The position numbers and the translations under genes are program-made. Shown in pieces: positions 47,464 to 57,200 of a DNA stretch of 64,000 nucleotides. The DNA is from a bacterium (lineage in GTDB: Bacteria; Zhuqueibacterota; Zhuqueibacteria; Residuimicrobiales; Krinioviventaceae). The DNA is taken from NCBI GenBank assembly GCA_963693055.1, contig OY843751.1, positions 800,001 to 864,000 of the forward strand. Reading direction: 5' to 3'. The notes below the pieces were generated by a model. The model worked only from the letters and a program-made list of their open reading frames with translations. It was not told the origin of the DNA and searched no databases. How positions within the stretch are numbered: the first letter of the stretch is position 1; the number at the start of each line of letters is the position of its first letter.

Positions 47464-48968
47464 TGGCAAATTATGTAGGAAATAATAGTATGCTCAATCT
47501 TACCCGGGGTGGTTTGCTTGCTAAAAATACTATAATGAATATTGTTTTTCAGGGTGTGCCCCTATTGGTGGCATTGATTACTATCCCTGTTTTGATTAAG
47601 GGATTGGGTACCGATCGTTTTGGTGTGCTAAGTATTGCATGGATTGTAATGGGTTACTTCAGTCTGTTCGATTTTGGTATTGCCCGGGTATTGATCAAGA
47701 TGATTGGTGAAAAGCTTGCTGTAGAAAAGTATGATGAAATACCAGCCTTGTTTTGGACGGGATTTACGTTCTTGTCCATTTTGGGTATTGTTATGGCTGT
47801 GATTTTGATTTTTCTATCTCATGCACTGGTTTATCAGGTTTTTAAAATACCTCCTGATCTGTTGGGAGAATCGGTTATTGCGTTTTGGGCAATATCTGGC
47901 TGTATACCGGTTGTTATTACCACTGCCGCACTATGGGGAGTGATGGAGGCCAAGCAATCTTTTTTTAAAGTTAATATTGTACGTACACTAAATACATTGT
48001 TTACGCTATTATTGCCGGTTTTGGGATTACTATTTACAAACCATATTGGCTATATTATTATCATACTCACCATTGGCAGAATTGTTTTATGGTTTGTTTC
48101 TTTTTTTGTTGCATTGAATGTGTTGGATGTGTTAAAACGCGGATTTATCTTTTCCCGTGATCTTGTGAAACCCATTTTAAAATTGGGTGGCTGGATGTCT
48201 GTCAGCAATATTATCAGTCCATTAATGGTGTATTCAGACCGTTTTCTGATTGGAGCGTTGTTGTCTGTAACCGCAGTGACGTATTATGTTACGCCTTATG
48301 AAGTGGTTACAAAAATATTAATGGTAGCTATTGCTTTGAACCGGGTCTTGTTTCCCGCATTTTCCGCAAGTTATGATCTGGACAGAAACCGCGCGGCACG
48401 CATTTATGAATGGGGAAGAAAGTTGTTATGGGTTTTTATGTTCCCTATTATTTTGTTGATTGTTCTTTTTGCAAAAGAAGGATTGCAAATTTGGGTGGGG
48501 AACGACTTGGCCACTCAAAGTACATTGGTGATGCAATTATTGGCACTTGGTGTATTTCTGAATGCACCTGCACAGGTTTCGCTTAGCCTTATTCAGGCGG
48601 CAGGAAGGCCGGATATAACTGCCAAGCTTCATTTGATAGAAACCCCGTTATATTTCTTAATGTTTGTATTTATGGTAGACAAGATGGGTATTAATGGTGC
48701 GGCTTTGACGTGGTCTGCAAGGGTTTTGCTTGATTCTGTTTTAATGCATTATTTTGCCGGTAAATTGCTTGATATGAAACAAGTTAAATTTTTTATCGGT
48801 TTAGCCTTTGCTATGATTGTTTTTATAGCTGCTATGTTAATTCAATCTACATTGATGGTTAAATTGCTTTTTGTTGCTGTTATGGTTCCTGTTTTATTGC
48901 TATTTGTTTTTAAATGGTGGTTTGAAAAAGCTGAATTGAAACAGGTTTTGCAGTTCAGGAGAAATTGA
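47463..48968 (+). CDS. Wzx-type flippase 2
   Basis: LGTDRFG, FDFGI, DRFLIG, YYVTPY, MGINGAA. Confidence 0.9.
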   Translation: MANYVGNNSMLNLTRGGLLAKNTIMNIVFQGVPLLVALITIPVLIKGLGTDRFGVLSIAWIVMGYFSLFDFGIARVLIKMIGEKLAVEKYDEIPALFWTGFTFLSILGIVMAVILIFLSHALVYQVFKIPPDLLGESVIAFWAISGCIPVVITTAALWGVMEAKQSFFKVNIVRTLNTLFTLLLPVLGLLFTNHIGYIIIILTIGRIVLWFVSFFVALNVLDVLKRGFIFSRDLVKPILKLGGWMSVSNIISPLMVYSDRFLIGALLSVTAVTYYVTPYEVVTKILMVAIALNRVLFPAFSASYDLDRNRAARIYEWGRKLLWVFMFPIILLIVLFAKEGLQIWVGNDLATQSTLVMQLLALGVFLNAPAQVSLSLIQAAGRPDITAKLHLIETPLYFLMFVFMVDKMGINGAALTWSARVLLDSVLMHYFAGKLLDMKQVKFFIGLAFAMIVFIAAMLIQSTLMVKLLFVAVMVPVLLLFVFKWWFEKAELKQVLQFRRN

Positions 48969-48969
48969 G

Positions 48970-49686
48970 ATGCAAATTATTACAGTATATAATAATGAGT
49001 ATGTTTTGCATGGAGGATTAACGGCAAGTCATCCCAATATTCTGGAAAATGCAGCCATAACCCTGATCAATAACAGTCAGGGGAAATATTCTTCATTTAG
49101 TAAAGCTATTCAGGACAATTTGCATCTATTTTCGGATGAAATTTTGATCATTGCACATCAGGATGTGATTTTTTATAATGAAAAATGTTTTTTGAAAATT
49201 CCTGAATGGTGTCATTCAATTGATAACGACGGTTGTTTTTTTGCAGGCGTTGCCGGCAGGGTAGAAAGAGAAGGATATAAGGAAGGTGTGGGGATTGGAA
49301 ATATAATTTCAGGTGGTAGAGAAACCGGGTTTTTGACAATTAACACACCTCATAAGGTTAATACTTTTGATGAATGTGTCATGATTACGAATCTAAATAC
49401 CATCAAACGATTTGGATTATTTGAAAATCCTGTTATAAAGTGGCATTTATATGCTGTTGATGCTTGTACAATTTTGGCAAAGCATCATTTCTCTCCATAT
49501 GTATTCCCGGTTCAGGTAAATCATCTTTCTGCAGGTAACTGTGATTCGGATTATTTTCTCGCGGGACAATATTTATTAAAAAAACATCAGGTTAATGAAT
49601 TGTATACCACCAACGGCAAGCTTACTCGCACGTCTGTGGTAACACGTAATTTAAAATACAAAGCAAGAAAGATTTTGGGATTTTAA
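48970..49686 (+). CDS. GT2-like glycosyltransferase (Glyco_tranf_2_5-type)
   Basis: IAHQDV, AGVAG, TFDEC, WHLYAVD, HLSAG. Confidence 0.7.
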   Translation: MQIITVYNNEYVLHGGLTASHPNILENAAITLINNSQGKYSSFSKAIQDNLHLFSDEILIIAHQDVIFYNEKCFLKIPEWCHSIDNDGCFFAGVAGRVEREGYKEGVGIGNIISGGRETGFLTINTPHKVNTFDECVMITNLNTIKRFGLFENPVIKWHLYAVDACTILAKHHFSPYVFPVQVNHLSAGNCDSDYFLAGQYLLKKHQVNELYTTNGKLTRTSVVTRNLKYKARKILGF

Positions 49687-49692
49687 TAAAGA

Positions 49693-50976
49693 ATGAACAA
49701 GGTGAATGACTTACAATTTTCATTAAAAGGCTCTAGCTTTATTGTTCCAATGCTGGCATTGGCCTTGTTTGCGTTTATCCCGATTGATGTACAGATCTAT
49801 ATAATTCTGACGCTTTTTTTTTATATTATTTTATGGGGATTGTCTTTTGAACAGTCTGAGAAATTCAAATTGATTGTTTTTGCAGGTTTTACATTACGGA
49901 TTATTTTGATATTTGTGGATGAATATTTGGGGTCCGTGTTGCAGGAACAATCTGACCAGATTCTGTATAACATGGAAGCCAATATTATTCTGGATAACAT
50001 AAAAAACAATTCCCCCTTGTTTTATAACGTGTTTCCCGGTTTTGGAGTGAAAAGTTACAGCTTTATAATGAGTATGATTTATAAAGTGTTTGGTCCTGTT
50101 CCCATTTTGCCAAGGCTGCTGAATGTGTTTTTAAACGTATGGTCTGGAATTTTATTGTATAAAATTTCACGGGAATTATTTGAAAAATCAAAAATTGCAT
50201 TGCTGTCAATGACTCTCTTTATGTTCTGGCCTTCAAACTGGGCCTTTACATCTTATGCGTTACGTGACAGTATGATCATTTTTCTTTCATTTTTATTAAT
50301 TGTATCTTTTATTGATATTGTTAAAAATAAACCCAATTTTCACAATGTTTTGATGTTTGTTTTGATTTATACTGCAAGCACATTGCTCAGAAATCAAAAT
50401 TCCTATCTTTATATTGTCATGTTTTTATTCTATGGGATGTATTTGTTCTTTAAATCAAAAGTGGTAAAGTTTTACAAGCTATTGTTACTTTTGGGGATTT
50501 TGCTGCTATTACTGGTTGTATATCTGAAATTCAAATTGTATATTGACTTGGTTTTGGCGTATCCTTTTGTTGCGCAGCCATTGAGGGTTGAGGGTGGATC
50601 AGCCTATCTTGTTAATGTTGAAATGAACAATTACTGGGATGTATTCAAGTACTCTCCGATAAGATTTTTCTATTTCACTTTTGGTCCATTTTTGTGGAAT
50701 GTTCGTACTATTTTTCAATTGTTTTCAGCGCTTGAAAGTGTAGCGCTTTTTGTGGTATTTTTAGGTTTTATTCAATACTTTAGAAAATATAAAGTAGCCA
50801 AAAATGAAAATTTACAGATGTTTATTGTGATTTTTTGTCTGGTTGGATTAATGGCAAACGCAATTGTAGATTCAAATTTTGGTACAGCAATACGGCATCG
50901 TTTAAATTATACAAGTTTCTTTTTTGTCTTTTTTAGTGTGTATATACAAAATTTCAAAATTCGTTGGATATCTTGA
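49693..50976 (+). CDS. Multi-TM GT-C fold protein (candidate Wzy polymerase or ligase/transferase)
   Basis: About 10-11 TM; loop SDQILY, LRDS, C-terminal NFGTAIRHR; sits among glycosyltransferases. Confidence 0.65.
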   Translation: MNKVNDLQFSLKGSSFIVPMLALALFAFIPIDVQIYIILTLFFYIILWGLSFEQSEKFKLIVFAGFTLRIILIFVDEYLGSVLQEQSDQILYNMEANIILDNIKNNSPLFYNVFPGFGVKSYSFIMSMIYKVFGPVPILPRLLNVFLNVWSGILLYKISRELFEKSKIALLSMTLFMFWPSNWAFTSYALRDSMIIFLSFLLIVSFIDIVKNKPNFHNVLMFVLIYTASTLLRNQNSYLYIVMFLFYGMYLFFKSKVVKFYKLLLLLGILLLLLVVYLKFKLYIDLVLAYPFVAQPLRVEGGSAYLVNVEMNNYWDVFKYSPIRFFYFTFGPFLWNVRTIFQLFSALESVALFVVFLGFIQYFRKYKVAKNENLQMFIVIFCLVGLMANAIVDSNFGTAIRHRLNYTSFFFVFFSVYIQNFKIRWIS

Positions 50977-51902
50977 TGCTCACATCTTTTATTATTGTTA
51001 CATGGAATACACGTGATTTAACGTTATGTTGTATTCAGTCCATTTATGAACAGGAATCAAATGCATTTGAAATTCTGGTTGTGGATAATAATTCTCAGGA
51101 TGATACTTGTGAGCAGATAGAACAAAAATATCCTGATGTGCATTTGATCAGGAATGATGAAAACCAGGGTTATGCTAAAGCAAATAACCAGGGGGTTATT
51201 GCTGCCAAAGGTGATTTGATAATTTTGATGAACAGTGATACGGAATTGTTGACAAAAGATACAATTGGTAAAGTGATTTCATTTTTTGATATGAATATAA
51301 ATGCAGGCATAGCGGGTGCATGTCTTTTATATCCTGATGGGAAGGTGCAAGCTTGTGGCAGACGTTTTGTCACTGTCTTTACCTTGATCAAGGACCAGCT
51401 GCTGTTTCAGGATTCACCCTTGTTTAAAAAATCAAGCATGTCTGATACAATTCAATCTGTTGATTATGTGGATGGAGCTTTTCTCGCTATACGAAAAAAG
51501 GTCGTAGAGCGGATAGGATTATTGAATGAGAATTATTTCATGTACGCTGAAGATATGGAGTGGTGTGCAGCAGCTCACGATGCAGGATGGGGAGTATATG
51601 TTATTCCGGGAATTAAGGTATTGCATGTACATGCTGCAAGCTCTAAAAAATCGTTCAGGAAAATATTGATCCTGAATGCAATTAATCAATCCAGATTTTT
51701 GTACAAAAGATATAATATGTTTAATGCGATTTGTGGTTATATTGTATTAATCGTAGGTATGTTTCTGAGAATACCCGTTAATTTTGCAAGACGGAATGGT
51801 TTAACAACTGCTTATGCCCAAGCAGTTGTTAAATGTTTACAATTGATTCCTGTATTTACCAAACTTGTTACCGGAGAGCTGGATGAAACGCGTTGCATTT
51901 AA
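50976..51902 (+). CDS. GT2 family glycosyltransferase (WbbL-like)
   Basis: IIVTWN, VVDNNSQD, NQGYAKANNQG, MNSD, YFMYAEDMEWC; TGATG coupling at 50974-50978. Confidence 0.92.
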   Translation: MLTSFIIVTWNTRDLTLCCIQSIYEQESNAFEILVVDNNSQDDTCEQIEQKYPDVHLIRNDENQGYAKANNQGVIAAKGDLIILMNSDTELLTKDTIGKVISFFDMNINAGIAGACLLYPDGKVQACGRRFVTVFTLIKDQLLFQDSPLFKKSSMSDTIQSVDYVDGAFLAIRKKVVERIGLLNENYFMYAEDMEWCAAAHDAGWGVYVIPGIKVLHVHAASSKKSFRKILILNAINQSRFLYKRYNMFNAICGYIVLIVGMFLRIPVNFARRNGLTTAYAQAVVKCLQLIPVFTKLVTGELDETRCI

Positions 51903-53013
51903 TGCCCTGGTTATGGGACCCAATATAGGCGGCCTGGGAGTTTATATGCAGGAGATTATGAACTCGTTGTTACAGGAAAAGCACAACTTTGAGCCGGTAG
52001 TATATCTACCGGAAACCTGGTGTAAGAGTCATCCGGAATATTTAGAGCATCCTTTTGTGAAATGTATTTCAATTCGGGCGGATAATCCCATATTACGAAT
52101 TTTAATTGATCCATTTTTCTGGCCCAATCAGTTGAGAAAAGATTCTATTGATTTATTTTTTTCACCCATGTCTTATTTTCCGTTGGGTACCAATGTGCCC
52201 GGTATTGTTACCATTCATGATCTGCGCAGTTTTAATTGTCCCGAGTATTATCCATTTTTACGATATCACTATCTTCAATGGATCATTCGTCGGTCAGCTC
52301 GGAATGCTAAGCGTATAATTTCTGTTTCTCAATATACTCGTGATGATATTGTCAAATATTTAAAAGTAGATAGTTCGAATATAAATGTCATTCATGAGGG
52401 TATACATGCCGAACCCTGGCAAATAAAGAGTACAGATGACGAATATAATACTTATAAGAAAAAGTACGGCTTGGAAAAACCTTTTATTTTATCTTTAGGC
52501 CACCTGGAACCCAGAAAGAATTACATCCGTTTAATTGAAGCGTTTTCAATATTGAAAAAAGAGTTTTCAATTGAGCATGATTTGGTTATTGTGGGTCAGG
52601 AAAACTGGTTTTTTAAAGAAATTTATGCCAAAGTAGTTGAATTAAATTTGAATAATTCTGTACATTTTACTAACTTTGTTGCACAAAAAGATATCGCACC
52701 TTTGTATCAATTGGCGGATGTTTTTGTGACTGTTTCAACTTTTGAGGGATTTGGTTTTACGCCGCTGGAGAGTATGGCTGCGGGAACTCCTGTGGTTGTA
52801 TCAAATTGTTCCTCTTTGCCGGAAATCGTAGGGGATGCTGCAATATTATGCGATCCATATAATGTTAAGGATATTGCAAGTTCCATAAACAAATTGCTTT
52901 CAGATGAATCGCTTAAATCAAAATACATAGCAAAAGGTTTGGAACATATCAAGCAATATCCCTGGAATAAATGTGTCAATGAAACAATGAAAGTAATCGA
53001 GGAACATGTCTGA
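51883..53013 (+). CDS. GT4 family glycosyltransferase
   Basis: TIHDL, LEPRKN, EGFGFTPLESMAAG, SLPEIVG. Confidence 0.92.
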   Translation: MKRVAFNALVMGPNIGGLGVYMQEIMNSLLQEKHNFEPVVYLPETWCKSHPEYLEHPFVKCISIRADNPILRILIDPFFWPNQLRKDSIDLFFSPMSYFPLGTNVPGIVTIHDLRSFNCPEYYPFLRYHYLQWIIRRSARNAKRIISVSQYTRDDIVKYLKVDSSNINVIHEGIHAEPWQIKSTDDEYNTYKKKYGLEKPFILSLGHLEPRKNYIRLIEAFSILKKEFSIEHDLVIVGQENWFFKEIYAKVVELNLNNSVHFTNFVAQKDIAPLYQLADVFVTVSTFEGFGFTPLESMAAGTPVVVSNCSSLPEIVGDAAILCDPYNVKDIASSINKLLSDESLKSKYIAKGLEHIKQYPWNKCVNETMKVIEEHV

Positions 53014-54211
53014 ACAGAGTGGGAAAATTAAAGTCATTGTTGTATTGTCCCGTATAATTATTGGGGGGCCAGCGAATTTTGTTGAATTGTATGCAACACA
53101 TTTGCCCAAAGATACTTATAAAGTATTACTTGTTGGTGGGTGTGTTGAAGAAGGCGAACTGAATAAAGCGCAATTGTTGAAAGAAAAAGGTATTCAAGTT
53201 CACCTTATAGATATTATGAAAAGAGAGTTGTCCTTTTTTTATGATATTAAATCTGTCTATAAATTATATAAATTTATCAAAAAAGAAAAACCCCATATTG
53301 TATCAACACATACAGCAAAAGCCGGTGCCGTAGGCAGGATCGCTGCCAGATGTGCCAATGTACCGGTTGTTTTACATACTTTTCATGGTCATACATTTGA
53401 AAATTATTTTTCACCTGCCAAAACAGAGTTTTACAAAATTGTTGAACGTGTGTTGGGCTTTTTTTCAACAAAGATCATTTCTATCAGTCCGCTTCAACGT
53501 TATGATTTGGTCAAAAAATTTAAAATTGCGTCTATGGATAAAGTTGTTACTATTCCAATTGCAATTGATTCCAGCCGTTTTTTAAACCTTGAAAGAAATA
53601 ACGAGTTTAGGGACGAGTTGAAAATTCCCAAAGATGATTTTGTTATTGGAATGGTAGCCAGAATTGTACCCATAAAAAATCACAAATTGATTATTGATGT
53701 TTTAAAAGAACTGCACAACAGGGGAGTAAAAGCGCACCTACTTGTTGTTGGTGATGGTGAACAAGAATATAAAACCTTTATTGAACAATATGTTGATGAA
53801 AAGAATTTGAAACCATTTGTACATTTTACAGGGTGGGTGTTAAATGTAGAAAAAGTATACTCTGCCCTGGATGTGCTGGCATTGACTTCGTTAAATGAAG
53901 GAACACCTGTCAGCATTATTGAAGCAATGGCTGCATCCGTCCCCGTTGTTGCAACTGATGTAGGGGGTGTGAATGACTTGCTGCATGATAATAAAAATGG
54001 ATTACTCTGCAAAAGTAATGATCCTTTAGATATGGTTGAGAAAATGTTGCAAGTTAAAGAAGATATTGGATTTAGGAATGAAATTTGCAAAAATGGCAGG
54101 GAATTTGTTAAAGAACACTATAATCACATTACGGTTATCAAACGTGTGGACCAATTTCAACGTGAATTATTGCAAAAGTTTTATGAAAAGAATCCAAAAT
54201 TTAAATGTTAA
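53006..54211 (+). CDS. GT4 family glycosyltransferase
   Basis: IGGPA, HTAKAG, HTFHGH, SLNEGTPVSIIEAMA, TDVGG. Confidence 0.92.
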   Translation: MSEQSGKIKVIVVLSRIIIGGPANFVELYATHLPKDTYKVLLVGGCVEEGELNKAQLLKEKGIQVHLIDIMKRELSFFYDIKSVYKLYKFIKKEKPHIVSTHTAKAGAVGRIAARCANVPVVLHTFHGHTFENYFSPAKTEFYKIVERVLGFFSTKIISISPLQRYDLVKKFKIASMDKVVTIPIAIDSSRFLNLERNNEFRDELKIPKDDFVIGMVARIVPIKNHKLIIDVLKELHNRGVKAHLLVVGDGEQEYKTFIEQYVDEKNLKPFVHFTGWVLNVEKVYSALDVLALTSLNEGTPVSIIEAMAASVPVVATDVGGVNDLLHDNKNGLLCKSNDPLDMVEKMLQVKEDIGFRNEICKNGREFVKEHYNHITVIKRVDQFQRELLQKFYEKNPKFKC

Positions 54212-57200
54212 TTACAAGAAATATGAATTCAATTTATTTGTATTTTTATTTATTGTCGTTTTCTGGTATCCTGCCTCATTAGTGTTTGGAAACAGTATCG
54301 TTTCTGTACTTGAACAAACACCGCAATATACCATATTAGAGTGGACCGTTCCGCAAATTGAATTTAAGACGGTGCAAACGGAAAAGGGCGAGTTTGTTGT
54401 GCCGGCTTACGATGATCTGGCAGAATCCAGAGTACCCGGATTTCCCATTTTGCCTGTAAATAATCTCTTGTTGGAAAATTTGGATACTCAACGCATAACC
54501 GTTCTGGATACGGTCTATTCAGATAAATCTACCCATACCATTTGCCCTGCACCTTTATATCAGTATCCTGATTATGACTCTCAACCTTTTATTTCTTATA
54601 AAATGGGACCCGTTTATCAAAAAGCTGCTTTTTATCCCGCATCTTTTATATCGATTTCTCATGCCTGGCAGCGAGACAATTTATTGACCCGTTTTGCAAT
54701 AAATCCGGTTTTGTATAACCCTGTACAAAACCAGATACGTGTTTTGAGATATATCAAGATCAGGATTAATGCGGCTGTTGAATTAGATTTAAAAAATCAT
54801 ACAATCCGGTCTAAATCGGGTAATGCCAAACTTGCCAGATCTAATTCCGTGCAGGTGTCTGCTAATGATTCATGGTGGGAACCCTATAATAGTGATGAGT
54901 TGATAAAGATCGAAACGCCAACCGCTGGTATGTATAAAATTACGGGTCAGAATCTGCGTGACCAGGGTGTTCAGTTGTCAATGATCGATCCAAGCACTAT
55001 TAAGATGTTGAATAATGGAATTGAACAGCCTTGCCAGGTTTTAGATGGTGGAGACGGGGAATTTAATGAAAATGATTTGTTGGTTTTTTATGCGAACAGA
55101 TTGAGTGGAATTACCGATTTTTATCACTCCTGGGCTGTCAGCAATGTGTACTGGCTGGTTTGGGGTGGTAATGCCGGATTAAGATATTCAACACTGGCTA
55201 ATGATAATGATCCCGGTTTGTCAAATAATTATTTTTTATCTACTATTCATATTGAAAAAGACCTGGAATACTATCATGGCGATACCAATGAAGCCATACA
55301 GGAAACCAACATTACAGATGGTGAGGGCTGGGTTTGGACACGGGCATTATATCATAATTCCAGACAAACAATAGAGTTTGATTTACCGGGACTGTTCTCT
55401 GGTACCACCCTAAATGATTCTCTGAAAATTCGATTAAGGTTCAGAGGAATGACCATTGATTCGGCAGCAAACGATCATCATCTATTATTATCAGTCAACA
55501 ATAATAGTATGGGTGAGGGGTATTTTAATAACCGCCAGGAGTGGTTACCACAATTTTCAGTTCCTGTATCAAACCTGCTGGAATCTGGTAATCAATTATT
55601 AATAGAATCTGTTGCAACCAATGCCGAAATATCACAGGTATATTTTGACTGGCTTGAGGTTGATTATCCCCGTGCCTTGCAGGTTGAAAATGGTCAGATC
55701 TTGATCGATTCATTAGATACTGTTGAACATGCTCTGCAGATCAGTGGTTTACAGTCTGATTCTGTTTTTGTTTTTAATCTACAGGAACAAACAGAACTGG
55801 TGAATAAAAGTGTTCCAACGGGCAGGTTGTTAAATATTAAAGTACAGTCAGCCGCTATTGGTGATGGAAATTACAGCCGGTTCTTGATTGAAAATGAATT
55901 GATATATGAAGGTACTCGTGGAATTGGTATGGTGGTTATGAACCAGCATACCGGTAATGTAGAGTTGAAGCGGACTTTTGATACATGGGGCTCGTCAGCA
56001 GACGCAGACAGCCTGGTTGCAGTAGTAAGCAGAATTGCTGATGGCCGTATTGTATTATGCGCAATCAAAGATGAGGGCTCAAATCAACTTGGTGAAGAGC
56101 AGTATAATGCATTGGAAACACTTGGCAGCAATCAGATCCAAAATTTGGCCACAAGGGGTTCATGGGCTTTGATCGGCAGCAAGGGAGCGGAGTCGGGTAC
56201 TGCAATAGAAATTTTGACCGCTTCGGGAGAAGGCCCTGCACACATTGATGATTATATCAATTTTTCTCAAGGAGATGGATTTATTTGTCGTTTTGGAGTA
56301 CCCCAAAACCAAACAGGCCCTTTTGTTGTATTTGATATTATGGGATTAAAACAACCGCTATTACAGAAATTTCAGCTTGGCGAATTGTCTCTTGTACAGA
56401 ATGGTGCGGATTATATTATTGTCACCCATCCCGATTTTATGGAAACCGCCAATCAATTGGCAGCTCATCGGCAGACGCAAAATGGTTTCAGGACTTTTGT
56501 TGCCAATGTGAATGATATTTATAATGAATTTAATTATGGAATTAAAGATCCTGTTGCTGTTAAGCGGTTCCTGGAACTTGCATATAACAACTGGCAAAAG
56601 CCTGCACCCGAATATGTGGTAATGTTGGGTGATGCCAGCTGGGACCCGTTAAAGAATTCAGGCAATGATAGTAAAATCGATTTTGTGCCGGTTTACGGAA
56701 ATCCTGTCAGTGATGTTTGGTATGTTTGCATGGATGGCGAGGATGATATTGTTCCGGATATGCATATCGGTCGCATTCCTGTTGAAACAGAGTCACAGGC
56801 ACAAAACTATCTTGACAAGATGATGGAATACGAATCTACTCAGCCGGCATCCTGGAAAAAGAACTTTTTGTTTATCAGTGGCGGATTTGATCAGTATGAA
56901 CAATTGGTGTTTGGTCAGCAGTCTCAGACATTGATCGATGATTTTGTTACGGGTCCCCCGATAGGTGGCAATGCTATACATATCGGTAAAGAATCTACCG
57001 GGCTGGCAGAGGGAGAACATCGTGATGATCTGTTGAAGGCATTTGACGATGGCATTGTCTGGGCTAATTTTATTGGCCATGCCGGCAGCAGTACCTGGGA
57101 CCTTATGTTTCATAATCCTGATATTGATTTGCTGAATAATGGCCCCAAGTATCCTTTTATTACAAGTATGACTTGCCATACCGGGCGCTTTGCTGAACCG

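Noticed and set aside
54036-54182. N-terminal 49-aa extension of the C25 ORF in the ORF track
   Set aside because: Overlaps the upstream GT4 by 176 nt; ATG 54183 gives a plausible signal peptide.
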